Origin: Chrysomallon squamiferum
Taxonomy: Eukaryota > Animalia > Mollusca
Reading direction: 5' to 3'
Assembly: GCA_012295275.1 (NCBI GenBank)
Contig: CM022670.1
Location: 5,890,001 to 5,954,000, forward strand
Length of the DNA stretch: 64,000 nucleotides
Shown: positions 40,801 through 54,930 of the stretch, in pieces
Layout: every line of letters begins with the position of its first letter
Position numbering within the stretch: position 1 is the stretch's first letter
Position numbers and translations under genes: made by a program
The notes under the pieces: generated by a model
Seen by the model: the letters and a program-made list of their open reading frames with translations, nothing else
Told to the model about the DNA's origin: nothing
Database searches by the model: none

Positions 40801-43475
40801 AGATGAAGTTCTTATTTATATTAGAATGTCTTGTGTTACAGAATGCAATAGAGATGTGTGCGTGTGTGTGTAGGTGTGTGTATGTGTTAGTATATATTAA
40901 AAGTAAACAAAGATAATAAGACTTGTGGACACACAGTTATATATCTAGTATAAATGTAAGAACGGTGAGAAAAAGGCAGGTCTCACGAACATATCGAGAT
41001 CACACGACTAGCGAAAACACGATGTTGTACACTACAACTCTTTGATCAGTGTCTTTTATGAGACTGTGCAGTCTGGGTCAAAGTTCACCAGGTTTGTCTG
41101 TCTGCAAAAACATGTCTAGTGTCAGTATGTATCTAATATATGTGTGCGTGCGTGTGTGTGTGAGAGAGAGAGAGAGACGGAGGGAGGGAAAATGAAAGTA
41201 TCAGTAATTAGATATACACTCATAAAGTGAGAATTAGATAGATACGCATTCAGACGGGAAGGAAGCAAGAAAGAGACACACGGGAAAGAGAGAAAGAAAT
41301 AGACACATACAGGGCAAGAGAGAGATGAAGAAAGAGACAGAGCAAAAGAGAAAGAAAAAAAAAAAAGAAGGAAAAAAATTGTTGATTTACTGACGGTGTT
41401 TGACCACACACGATAATTCTTCACGCTGTTTTCCAGGTTAATGAGTACCCACCCATCCCACTCCCTTCCTGGTGGGTCCTCTTCCAAATATCGCTCTCAG
41501 CACAGTCACGACGCAGCAATTAAAACTGTATTTTAACGGAATTATCTCCCTTTGTGATAGACTGTTACAAACAGTGATAAACGGGGAGCGCCACGGGGAG
41601 GGGGAATCAGCTGTGATTAAGCAGTGGGTGAGAGGCGCGGGCCTGCGTCTCACAAAGACGACAATGAGACGAAGAGTGAAAAGGTGCACGACACAAAGCG
41701 AGGAATCTCTTTCAGATCGGCTAAATTAAGCGACCAAGGTGTTAACTTATGAGAGGAACAACACACTGGTTAACTACAGTGTACCGCTCGCTCGCCCGAC
41801 ATCGCCTCCAGACAACCGCCGAGTTGTCGTTCTTGGCCATAATTGGCTTAATTTATTCCTATTTACACACACGATCATTACTGGATGTTCAAAGTCAATA
41901 AATTAGATTTTTTTTTAAATTATTTATTAAGCGTTTTATAAACTTTCGTTAATATCACAGTTCTACAATGCTGAAAATATAATAGAGTTTTTCTTTGTTT
42001 GTTTGTTTTTAATTATTTTTTTTTATCTATTTATTTTTAATTATTAACAAAAATAATATTATATTTTCTAGTGAAAAATACGTTTCTGATTAAGATTTCG
42101 TGAGTATTAAACAAATATTAGTAGAACTCTCTCTCTCTCACTCTTTCCTTCTTCTTCTTGTCTATAATCTCTCTCTTTCTCTGTGCGTATGTTTGTTTGT
42201 TTATGCATCCGTATGTAAGAAAAAGAATAATTCATGTTGTTTAAATTTCTAAATGAAAAAAAAAAAAAAAAAAAGTAAATCCCTGCAGTACGAGTTTATA
42301 TGTCAGTAATTACTGCAATAATTATTACATAATCAACAGAAAGAACTTCGCCAACGACATGTAGACTGTTTTACAGACTACGTTGTCGTTTTCGTGGTAC
42401 AGAAACTGACCGACTTGGATATACTAAAAATACACGCAGATGTTATGTGAAAACAATTGACAAATTCGGCGGTTACATCAAGTTCCCAAGTTTGCGAGTT
42501 TGCATACTCCCCTTTGAATGACTTTGTTTTCAGTTGAACTAACACGCTGAGACGCTGCTACAAGGGAACACAGTTCACTTTGAAGTAGCAAGTTCTGTGT
42601 GCTCGAGTATTGGGAGAAGGCAGACGCAAATATTTCAGTCAAATAAGAGTTTAACTTAAAATACACGCCAAGGTGATTTCTACATTTAACAAACAAACCT
42701 CGATGTTGACGGTTATTTTTTACATCCATCAAGTAGGGCTGGTTTCCTATTGCAATCACGACCAAACGGCAGTAACAACATTAAGATGAAACGCTAAGTA
42801 GCAGACGACAATATTTGTTTGAGTTCGGCACGCCTAAAATACCCAACTCAACATGGGAAAAACTGGCGGGAGGAACGCTTTAATGACGTCACAACAGTCT
42901 GATTCACGTGATTAGAACATAGTACTCATAACATTACATTTTTATTAAATGAACTGGCTTGGTCTCAGATTATTATCAATGTACAGTACACGTTTTACTT
43001 ACTTACATACTAACCTACTTACTTACTTATTTACTGACAGGGGTACTTAATATTTTTTATTTATATTTTATTTTATTTTATTTTTTCACATATGTTTGGT
43101 TTTTAATTTTTATTTTATTATTGTATTTAGGTGGGGTTTTTGTATTTATTTCATTTATTTAGGTTTTTTGGTGGGGAGGTTTGGGGGGGGCGTTCTGGTC
43201 TGGGTTTTTTTGCGTTAAAGGCTCATTTTACATATTACTGACACAGATTACATATAAGTCTCGTCGTCATGATTACCTTTATTGCCAAAGTGAGGTAGGT
43301 GCATTAAAACAGATGATTGAATTTATCACCCGACACACCGCAGAACAGACGTTTAGTATCTTGTATTTGCTACGTAGGTGAATGTAACTTTTGTAATTTT
43401 ATTTTATTTTATTCTGGTAAAGCTTACATTTCAACAAAATTTAAATCTTTATTTCACTTCTTGGCTGGTGGATTC

Positions 43476-43539
<64 letters not shown>

Positions 43540-44007
43540 CTTTCTATTCTTTATTCTTAAATAATATTTGTTTCTTATTTATTTATTTATTTATTTACAC
43601 TTGTTTTGTTCTTAGATTTTGTTTGTTTGCTGTTGTTGTTCTTTTGTTGGGTTCTTTTTTGTTAGTTTGTTTTGTTTTGTTGTTTTTTAATTTAGTTATG
43701 ATTACAGGGTTGTAAGATCGAGTCCAGGTAATGACATGTTAATCTTCACGTCACAAAGGAGCAGAATGTTCAAACCTGAAGTCAAATTTACACTCACATT
43801 CAAAAAAACAAACGTCCAAGTAGCGATATGTGAGAAAGTCAACATGCGGCAGGTTTGCGGCACTTGACGATAGTTGTCAGCAAATCTCAAATTAGTGGAC
43901 AAAGACTGTAACAAGTGGTGAGAAAAACAACAAGTGTCCGCTGTGTCCAGTGTGACCACTGTCCACTAATTCCTTATACATGTCCCAGTCCGGCCTGAAC
44001 CCGCCAC

Positions 44008-44230
44008 AAACACGTGATTTTTTTTTCTACTGAATAAACACGTGACTCTTTTCTACTGAATTTAAATACTTAACCGTTGTCTACTTAATCATATATGCCA
44101 TTGTTTTCACTCAACCTCAGAAGTTTTCTAGTAAACTTCAATCCGTGACTATTTTCTACTAAACTTTAAACCGTGACTGTTTTTTACTGAACTTCAACAC
44201 GTCACAATTTTCTTTTAAACAAACACGTAA
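44008..44230. repeat. Degenerate ~25-30-bp repeat
   Basis: aaacacgtgact.ttttctactgaa units. Confidence 0.6.
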
Positions 44231-45221
44231 AAAGAACTTTGAGTAAATTACCTAACATCAAATGTATATTCTAGCTGTTTATTTTCGAAATAGATTAAAA
44301 ATTTACTATACAGCGTACGATACTTATTAAATTTCTTATGTGAATTTGTCTCATTTTTCTTTAATGTAGATATGTGTCTGTGTGTATGGGTGTCCGTGTG
44401 TGGGTGTGGTGCAAGCATACATTTCTTGGTTCTATACATAGGACAGATGTCAATGGTCATCTAATCTACAGAAACTGAGTCGTATGCTATTGAAAACGAC
44501 ACTTTTGTACGGACAATGGTCAGTTTTGTGGTATTAGAAAAGCTGACCTTCCTTATTAAGCCTATAAAATAAATAAACGCGATTAACTGAAAACTATTTA
44601 ACAGCTGCGCACTAATTTACGCCACGTTGGCGACGTCCATTGTGTCGTAGGTACTCGTTGACGTCCCAGTCGTAGTGTTTGAGTTGTCTGTCTGTCTGTC
44701 TGTCTAGTACTGCAGTCACTTTTCAAGTGTAATCCGCACTTCAAGTGTCCAGTTAAAACCGTCAATGACCACAATGAACAATCATCTACTATTGTCAAAC
44801 CTCTCGCTACATTCGCATCAACCCCGCCAACAGCAACACCCCCCCGCGAAAGATATTTCTCCTTTCCTTTATCATCTTTGACTATCTGTCACTTTGGCTA
44901 ACGCCCACCACAATGACGGTGGAGAGGTGGGCGGGTGGGTGTGGGGATATGTGGGTGGGAGGTATACCCGTATGCTATTTGCCATATGTTTGAAGCTGAA
45001 TAACGTAGGCGGTAACAATTTGAATGTAATTCAATATTTTGTTACTCGAAACATCTAAATTCGATCTATACACGATTTTATTATTTTAAATTAATTTTTA
45101 TTTCTTAAATGAACAACATTTTTCAGTAATACTGACTTTTGAAAACTCTGTTTATAAAATGGTCTGTACACAGTTCTGCTGTAACTTTCATATAAATAGT
45201 ACACATCACTTACTGTTATTA

Positions 45222-45326
<105 letters not shown>

Positions 45327-46515
45327 AAAATAAATAAAAGAGTAGGACATTTTTAAAACTTATTTAAATGTAAAATAAAATAAAATAAAATAATGTTTCT
45401 TTATTTAAATGACGTATCCAATTTGAAAAACAAAAAATATGTACTAATTTGATCGTGGTCCTTGTCGTGGAGCTAGTAATATTAATAGTCGTCGTAGTAG
45501 TAGCAATAGTAATAGCAGTAGTCGTAGTAGTAATTAAAAGAAAGAAAACTAAGTTTTATTAATGATTTTTATTTATATTTATTTATTTTATTTTATTTTA
45601 TTTTATTTTATTTTATTTTATTTTATTTTATTTTATTTTATATATTTACCTTTCATATGTTTAAAATATATTGTAATTATGAATCAGTTATGTTATGATT
45701 TCTCTTTCTTTTTTCTTTCTCCCTGTTTTCAATAATCATCGACATAAGATTATAATCATCACTGTAATTCTAACCACTTTGGTGCCCTTTACCATTAAAG
45801 ACACACAACACGTAATTATGCCGACATGGCTTCGTAATACGGGTTACCATTCAGGTAATAATTCGAACATTTATCCAAAAAATTATTTTTCAAATAGAAA
45901 AATTATCTATATACACACGCGATATCATTTAATATAGAATTAATTACTTCTCTGTGTGTATAGAGTGAAATATTTTCAACGTTGGTAATTATGAACATCT
46001 ATTAAATTTTAATTTATGTTATAAAATTTGTTGCTAAATAACACTGTAAGACAGTTAATACATACAAAATTGAGTTAACATGGGTATTTAATTAACATGT
46101 TTCTTTAATTGTCTGCATTTAATACCATTATACATGTTCAATAATATAATTATGTTTAATTGATATAATCCGTAACGATTATAATAATTTATTTAATTCA
46201 CATAATTTACTTAGTGTATTTTGTTAGCGAATAAAATTGAAAATAAATTACCTACGTTCCAGAGTTTAACATCGCTAAGTATTTAAAATATTATTATATG
46301 TATGCGTTTAATTAACAGTTTAAAATTATTGAATTATGACCCGAATGGCCCACCATAGTTTAGTTGGGTTCTAATCTGTTCTCTTGTGCTGTATAAAACT
46401 TTGTGTTTGCCTTTTCAGGTTTATCAAATATGTGTGCAAACATCGTGTGAAGAAATCTTTGTTTTCTTCTTGTGTCGACCACGGCAAACACACAAAGTGT
46501 ACTGCAACAGTGAAA

Positions 46516-46778
46516 AGGTCGATCTCTTTGATGTACACCTTACAGACAGGTAAATAATTAATTATGAGTTGTGTCGGAATTTTTCTCATTCACTGGTCTG
46601 ACTCTTACAGGTAGAAAACGAAAGTCAATATTTAGTAATGTACATTGTCACGTGTTGGTTTACTCATTTACTACATCGTGTGGGTGGTGTCTCACTTCAC
46701 TAATTGACGTCGCCGACGTGTTTGTGGTAATTATGTTAACGCAAAACTATTTGTTATGTAAGAAGTTTCTAAAGCTTT
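46516..46778 (+). repeat. Left arm of a ~263-bp inverted repeat
   Basis: Reverse complement of 48156-48417 with about 4 differences (1 indel, 3 transitions). It explains the near-identical ORFs at 46571(+) and 48363(-). Confidence 0.95.
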
Positions 46779-47707
46779 TATCTGGAGCCAAAACTGAAAA
46801 GAATTTTAAGTTATACAAGAATTATAGCAAACTGTAAAACTGAATATTTGATTTAAACGTTGCTGTGCAGTATCTGTTGGTATTTGATATTTAACCGTAT
46901 AGGTTAATAATAAGTGGTCTTTAAAACGTGTGTTATTTATAGCTAACCTTTTAATTTTTTTTTTTTTTTGTACGTTGTGCTAACAGGTAATATAAATACA
47001 TTTTGTTTACCTTCATTTTCATTTAACTGAAAACCTTGAGACATATCTGTATAGAAAGTGTTAGTCTGAGAAACGAGGTCACATGATCATACTTGTATTT
47101 GACAATATCTACAACTCTTGTTTGTTTATATTCATTCTTTAAAACTACTGAAAACTGTTTCTCTTCGTCAGAGGGTGGGTGGGGGTGTCGAGACCCTGCG
47201 CAGGTCAGCTGGAGCCGCCCTTTGGCTGTGTGTTGTTTTCCTGAGGAGCGGTTTAAGTGTATGTTTTAATTACACCCCCATCTGTGAGTGGAGGCGACAC
47301 CTGGCGGCCAGGTATGCGTCGTTTTGTTTGTTTTGTTAATTGTGTAGTGTGTGGGTGAAGAACACTCCGGATGATAAATCACGACCTCCGCTTCATTTAA
47401 CACGCTCGTGAAGACTTTTCCAATTACTTCCTTGAAACTCGCCAGTAGTAAAAGTGATACAGAGAAAACAATCCATACGCTAAATTCACCGCCGAATAAA
47501 TATTTTTTTTTTTTTTTTTTTTTTTAATAATTTCTGATTCAAACAAAGACCCACGCGCCACGAGCAGGTCAGTCGATGGGTCATTTGTTCACTACAGAAC
47601 GCGCCCAATTAAGTCCAGTTTGACCAATGGTCAGAGACTTGTCAAAGCTTTGTAACAAAAGAGAAGTTTGTTTACTCTTTTAACCACCACACTTGTTTCA
47701 CCAGAAA

Positions 47708-48030
47708 ACATATAACTACATTAAAAAAACATAACATATAACTACATAAAAAACATAACATATAACTACATAAAAAAACATGAAATATAACTACATAAAA
47801 AACATAACATATAACTACATAAAAAACATGAAATATAACTACATAAAAAAACATAACATATAACTACATTAAAAAAAACGTAACATATAACTACATAAAA
47901 AACATAACATATAACTACATAAAAAACATAACATATATTTACATAAAAAACAACATATAAATACATAAAAAACAGCATATAACTACATCATAAAATATAG
48001 CATATAACTACATCAGAAAACGTAACATAT
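47708..48030. repeat. ~22-bp minisatellite inside the inverted-repeat spacer
   Basis: aaaaaacataacatataactacat units, about 14 copies. Confidence 0.9.
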
Positions 48031-48155
48031 ATACAAAGTGAAGATAATTTTAAAATTTTAAACTATTAATAACACACGTTTGTATAAACTCATTTATTTA
48101 TTATTATTTATCTGTTCAGTTTTCTCTAATATGTTATCAGTATGAAATTCGACTT

Positions 48156-48417
48156 AAAGCTTTAGAAACTTCTTACATAACAAATAGTTTTGCGTTAACA
48201 TAATTACCACAAACACGTCGGCGACGTCAATTAGTGAAGTGAGACACCACCCACACGACGTAGTAAATGAGTAAACCAACACATGACAATGTACATTACT
48301 AAATATTGACTTTCGTTTTCTACCTATAAGAGTCAGACCAGTGAATGAGAAAAATTCCGACACAACTCATAATTAATTATTTACCTGTCTGTAGGTGTAC
48401 ATCAAAGAGATCGACCT
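48156..48417 (-). repeat. Right arm of a ~263-bp inverted repeat
   Basis: Reverse complement of 46516-46778. Confidence 0.95.
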
Positions 48418-51400
48418 GTTCATTCTTTCTGGCGTTGTGTATTATCGTTAAAGGTGAAAAATGATACATACAGACAGACGGACAGACAGACATATACATA
48501 CATATAAAGTGGTAGAGATTACTGATTATAAATAAAAAAACAGAAATCTCTTCGATTTTGATTAGATAAAGATAGATATTTTCATTAATCTAAGAAAAAT
48601 TTCAGATTTATTTCTGTGATTACTAGTATACAATTTAAAATAATTTATTATTATCAACGTTATCATTATCATTTATTATTATTAATGTTATCATTATAAT
48701 TTATTATTATTAAAGTTATTATTATCATTTATTATTATAAACGTTATATTTATAATTTATTATTATTAATGTTATCATTATCATTATCATCACATTAACT
48801 ATGATTGCAATATCTGATCATCACTTTTTAATTATCATCGTCATTACAACTTTGTTGATCTTTCTAGGTGAACAATCATCGACATCAGATGATGATCATC
48901 ATTGTCATTCTAACCACCCAGGTACCCTTTGTCATAAGAAATAACATTTAAAAGTTCAGTTTATTTAATTAAACAAATTTAAACCTAAAAAAAATCCAGA
49001 TATTTTTTAATTTAAATCATACTTCTACTTGAACAGAAATTTTGAGCGTAAAAAAACCTTGTTTAGAACTGAAAAAAAAAAAGAAAGAAAAGAAAAGAAA
49101 ACAGAACTAATAAAAATTGGACATAAATATCCCCAGATGTCGGTTATTAAATAAACGAGTAGGGGGTGAATCAAAGGCGGGTGAGGTGTGTGTGTGGGTG
49201 TTTGTGTGTGTAAGATGCGGGTATGTAACAAAGTCAGAGTTGTTACCACTTCACGCTTGTGTAGAACTGAGAGGACGTTGTGGTGGTAAACTAGACATTA
49301 TTCTCATTTAGCACCGCCGCCCGCCCTCTGTCGATCTGCCCCCATCACACTGGGAGCTGTTGTTGTAGACAACGTTTGTGTAAAGGCAGACACGACGGCG
49401 ACATGGACACAAACAATGAGATGTGGACACGCGCTCAGATAAAGCAGAGATAGAGTTTTGATGAATGAGTGTTTATTAATACCTGCCTCTTCTCACAGTT
49501 GTGCGTGGCAGGTGAAACATCAAAGAAAAGCTCGGATGAAGCGATCACAAAGAGAGAGAAAGGAATCTAACAAGATCACACTTTTCAGATTAACCCGCGC
49601 TGCCAGCAACACAGACTGGCCACAAAACGAGGTCGACCACTGACCAGGTGGTCATCAGCTAGAAGTGTGAGGACACACGACATTGGTCAGTTTATGACAT
49701 CTAACCACTGATAATCACCAACTCTCTACCCACCAACAGATGCACAGGTTAAAGCTGAAATTATCAGCATTATTGCATGGAACTAACAAAAACGCGGAGA
49801 AGTGTAATTTTCTCTCCTATAATCTGCACATGTCTGCAGAAAGTCTCCATGAAACAGCTCTGTTATTATAAGATTTACCGCTGCCAGATGTGCACAGTCT
49901 TCTTAGACAGTGAATACAGAAAACTGCCAAATGCCTATAAATCATCGTTTTAATGTTCCGAAATGAAACGAGAACTGCCGAACTCAGTAAAAGTATTTAC
50001 CACCAGTTACACGTCTAGTAGTGGTAGTAGTTATACTAGTAGTAGTAACAGTAGTAGTAGTAGTAATTGTGTTGTTGTTGTTAAAAATAGGTATGCGAAT
50101 ACGTGCTTGAATGTGCATGTAAGTTTGCATGATGTATGTGTATAATGTATGTGCGCGTGATGTATGAATGTGTAATGTATGTATGTGTGATGTAACCATT
50201 CAGCACATTGTTCAGTAGACTATAAGTGATTAATAAAACTGTTTGGTGTTGACAGTCGCGGACAGTACTTGCGGAATGTAAGTGTGATATTAGTTACGTG
50301 TGGTTGCGTTCGATTCGTTTCTCGAGGCGTTGACGTTGTGTGGATCAGAGAACAAAAAGGGTAAAATTCGATTCATGCACTCGACTGTAACGCATGAGAG
50401 GGGTGTGTGGAAGTTGAGGGGGGACACCAGGAAGAAAACAGAGGGGTGAGAAACGACTTGTGTAATCACGCTGGTCTGATTTGTACACAAAACGACGTAA
50501 ACTCAATTAACGCCGTTCACACAGTTTCACCACCTCGCTGCACTCGCTTTGTGTTTCACTCACGTCTGTCCGACCGTCCGTAATTGATCACAATTAACAC
50601 ATTCCTTGAGCTGGTCGTCAACTGCTGTTTAAACTCTGGAATGTTCGTCGTTTATTTTTTAATTGTGTTCGCTAACAAAACCCGCTGATTGGGTGACTGC
50701 TGTATTCTCTAAACGTATCTGTACACAAAACATTCCTGCTGTGTGTGTGACTGACTGACTATACGCATGCGTGTGAGTGTGCGTTCATTTTTCAGTGCAT
50801 GTTACCAAATTTTGTATCATGTTATGTTTAAATCAGAGAGTCTTTGCAAATGCTTGCAATATAATTAATTAGTTTTTATTTAACATTTTATGTATGTATG
50901 TATTACAGAGTGAGGTGTTTGTGTGTGTTTGTATATAGTCTGTGTGTATAATCTGAGTGTGTGGTGTTTCTGTGTATCTGTATGTGTATGAAAACTTCAT
51001 CTGAGACAAGTCAAGTTGTAGTTGATCATCTGTGAATACTCCCATCCACTCCTACTCTTGCACGTGCAAAGAATCACGTGTGTTACGGAGGTCAGACAAT
51101 CGGATGACTTTGGGAAATATGCTCACTTCATGATTTTACCATTCTCTTTTCTTAACGTGAACATTGTGTTCAGGTGTAGGCGGCGGTTTTCACGCTTTTT
51201 TTTTTGTTTTTTTGCTTCTTCTAATCCTCCCACTAAGATGCGCAAGTGAAAAAGATCAATTTCGGGTGGCCTCCCTTTATTTAGCAATGACGTCATCTGA
51301 TAGTGATTCGTCTTTTGATTGCGGAGTTAAGTGACTGGCGCTGTTCTGTTAGCAGCACTGAACACAACGTGTGATGGACAAAACATACAAAGTCTATCAT

Positions 51401-51964
51401 CATTGATGTACATTAAACTTTTTTTTTTTCTTCTTCACCTTTAACCATTGTCTCAGTTCAGTCCAAACTAGGAAAACTAGCATGGCTCGATGACGTCACA
51501 AGTAACCAGTCACGCATTATTCAGTGCCGCTAATTCCTGCAGAAAAGTACGTCAATGATGACAGCTGAAAACGACGACAGCGAAGTGGTATTTACACAAC
51601 GACCATCAAAAACCTATAACAGGCAAATAAATAGGTTTTTACCTGAAAGCGTTTTTGTGTTAATGATTTGAAAAGACTGACATTAAAACACCAGAAATTC
51701 TGCTCGATTAAACACGTTCTATTGCCGATTATGAAAATATACCGCTTCTGGCAACTACGTGAGTGTTGTTTTTAAATAATTATTTTTATTAAAGCTTCAG
51801 GAAAATTATGCTTTATATTTTCCAAATTTAGTTTCTAATGGCCACATATTCTGGGTTCATCTTGTTTATGTGAAGGCGTTGTTAATTGTTATTTTTGTCT
51901 CTTTAAAAAAAAAAAATATATCTATCTTTCGTCTTTCATCATCTTCAGAATTTAATTTGTATCC

Positions 51965-52062
<98 letters not shown>

Positions 52063-52649
52063 CAGAATATAAACGAATAGAAAGACATATATATAAAAGA
52101 AAGATAGACGGAGCTATATGAAACAAACAGACGCAAAACAGACAGAATGATTGGTTAGAAAAATTAAGAAATAAGTCTGCTATTTCATACCATATTTTCT
52201 CGTTTAATACCATTTGATATCGCGTTGATGTGATATATTTTAATATGATTTTTGATGTGTGATTTTGACGATTTCAAATATTACTTTCATATTCTGATAC
52301 ACAATAACATTGCATGTAATTACACCAAAACTTTACACAACAATGTTTGTCATAGATGTATTTTTCTACGGCTGAACTTGTTACACGAGTATTTTTATGT
52401 ATTTTTATATCGTGCTCTGCTATCTTTGCTTTCGCTCGCTTTCCTTTCTTTTTTTCTGGCTTCTATCAGGATTTGCTTTGTAATCCTCTGCACTTTGTTG
52501 AAGACGACGGCGCTGTCGATGATGTTTTTCATCTGGTGTTTACAAATAATAGACCGGTTCCAAACTACATCTTACTCTCGTTATCGGACCACCTTGACAG
52601 CGCCTCTAGCTTCTGTGCACGGTGCTCCTCATCTGTTCTTACTTTATAG

Positions 52650-53135
52650 TCTAATCGTTTACTTCTTGTTACCTGTTTATAGAATAATTTAATAAAATTA
52701 ACTACCTGTCACGTGTTTATTTAATGATTTAATAGTTTACTGCTTGTTACGTGTTTATGTAATAATTTAATAATTAACTACTTGCCACGTGTTTATTTAA
52801 TAATTTAATAGTTTACTACTTGCCACGTGTTTATGTAAAAATTTAATTGTTTACTACTTGCCAAGTGTTTATGTAAAAATTTAATAGTTTACTACCTGTC
52901 ACTAGTTTATTTAATAATTTAATAGTTTACTACTTGCCTGCCACGTGTTTATGTAAGAATTTAATAGTTTATTATTTGTTACGTGTTTATGTAAAAAAAT
53001 TATAATTACTACTTGCCACGTGTTTATGTAATTATTTAGTAGTTTACTACTTGTCACGTGTTTATGTAATATTTTAATAGTTTACTACTTTTCACGTGTT
53101 TATGTAATAATTTAATAGTTTACTACTTGTTATTC
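52650..53135. repeat. ~38-bp minisatellite
   Basis: ttaatagtttactacttgccacgtgtttatgtaataat units, about 12 copies, many containing CACGTG. Confidence 0.9.
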
Positions 53136-53623
53136 GTGTAACTTTTTCTGTGACTGTGATTACTGTGTAACTGTGTGGTATTTATGTAAGAATGTGTATT
53201 TTCTTGTAACAATATTACACTTTAACTTTGTGTGTTTTTCTGTAACAATGCTACACATTAACTGTGTGTGTTTTCTTGTAACGTTGTCACACGGGTAACT
53301 GTGTTTTTCTGTAACAATGCTACACACGTCACACTGTCTGTTTTTTTACAAACAATGTTACACATTAACTTTGTGTGGTATTTTTTGTGTGAGGTATTCA
53401 CATTCATCATTTTCACATTCTTCCAGTCAGTGATGTTCGCTGGGGGTCAGGTGTAATGGCAAACACGATGTCTTTGTTTCACAGTTACTCTCTGATGTAA
53501 AACGAGTGTGAAGACCACACAGCAACATCTCACTTAAACAGAGCTCGGTTGAGAAATATCACACTTTACCATTCACCACCTTAAACACTCTGTAACGAGT
53601 TCTTAATAACATTTATTTATTAA

Positions 53624-53688
<65 letters not shown>

Positions 53689-54129
53689 GTGGGTGTTCTT
53701 GTTTTTGGTGTTATTATTGTTGTTGTTGTCTTGTTGCTATAATTATTATTGCTATTATTGTTACTGTTGTTGTTGTTGTTGTTGTTGTTGTTGCTTGTGT
53801 TGTTATAAAGCACGACAAAACAGATAATATGCACCTATTACAGTTACGTTCTAAGCAGTCGACACATAACAAGTAATAAAATATATCAAGCCCCACCCGT
53901 CTGGATCTGACGTCATCACTCTCGAAAAACTAATGGTGACGTAAAACGATGCTGTGTAAGTCGTATTATCGCACCGACACGATGATACAGTGACGCTGTA
54001 ATGTTATTTGTAACACGTCGTGACAGCTCGATATGTTGATGTGACGAGAGATCGACATTCCTGTCACTGTTGTAGATAAAACGTAGATAGTACATCACAC
54101 TTTACGTTCCTCTTTGACAAGATAATAAG

Positions 54130-54930
54130 TACAGTTGATACTGATCACACACAATAAGTGAGCATTAACTGCACAAAGCTAAGTTCATACTGATTATACA
54201 CAGGTAGGTTAATATTTATAATGCACAGGTAAGTTAATATTAATTGCACACACAGGAAAGTTAATACTGATTACACACACGTAAGTTAATGTTGGGTACA
54301 CACACGTAAGTTAATACTGATAATACACAGCTAAGTTCATATTGATTACACAGGTATGTTAATATTGATTATATACAAGTCGTTTAATATTGATTATACA
54401 GAGGTATGTTAATATTGCTAACACACAGATAAATAAAAACTGCTTACACACAAATAAGTTAATATTAATTACACACAGGTAAGTTAGTATTGATTACACA
54501 CAGGTAAGTTAATATTAATTACACACAGGTAAGTTAATATTGATTACACACAGGTAAGTTAATATTAATTACACACAGGTAAGTAAATATTGCTTACACA
54601 CAGATAAGTTAATATTAATTACACACAGGTAAGTTAATATTAATTATACACAGGTAAGTTAGTATTGATTATACAAAGGTAAGTTAATATTTATAATACA
54701 CAAGTAAGTTAACATTGCTTACATACAGGTAAGTTACATTGATTACACACAGGTAAGTTAATACTGATTACACACAGGTAGTTTAATATTTATAATACAC
54801 AGGTAAGTTAATATTGATTATACAGAGGTATCTTAATATTTATAATACACAGGTAAGTTAATATTAATTACACACAGGTAAGTTAATATTGATTACACAC
54901 AGGTAAGTTAATATTGATTACACACACGTA
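54130..54930 (+). repeat. ~25-bp minisatellite containing CAGGTAAGT
   Basis: caggtaagttaatattgattacaca units, roughly 30 copies. Confidence 0.92.

Noticed and set aside
46419-46611. Possible plus-strand exon (46419-46549) with a short downstream intron
   Set aside because: Splice-like signals are present, but neither open frame resembles a known protein and there are no partner exons.
46571-48363. Two nearly identical ORFs (MSEFFSFTGLTL...) suggesting a duplicated gene
   Set aside because: They are a by-product of the inverted repeat. They start at a non-ATG codon and resemble no protein family I recognise.
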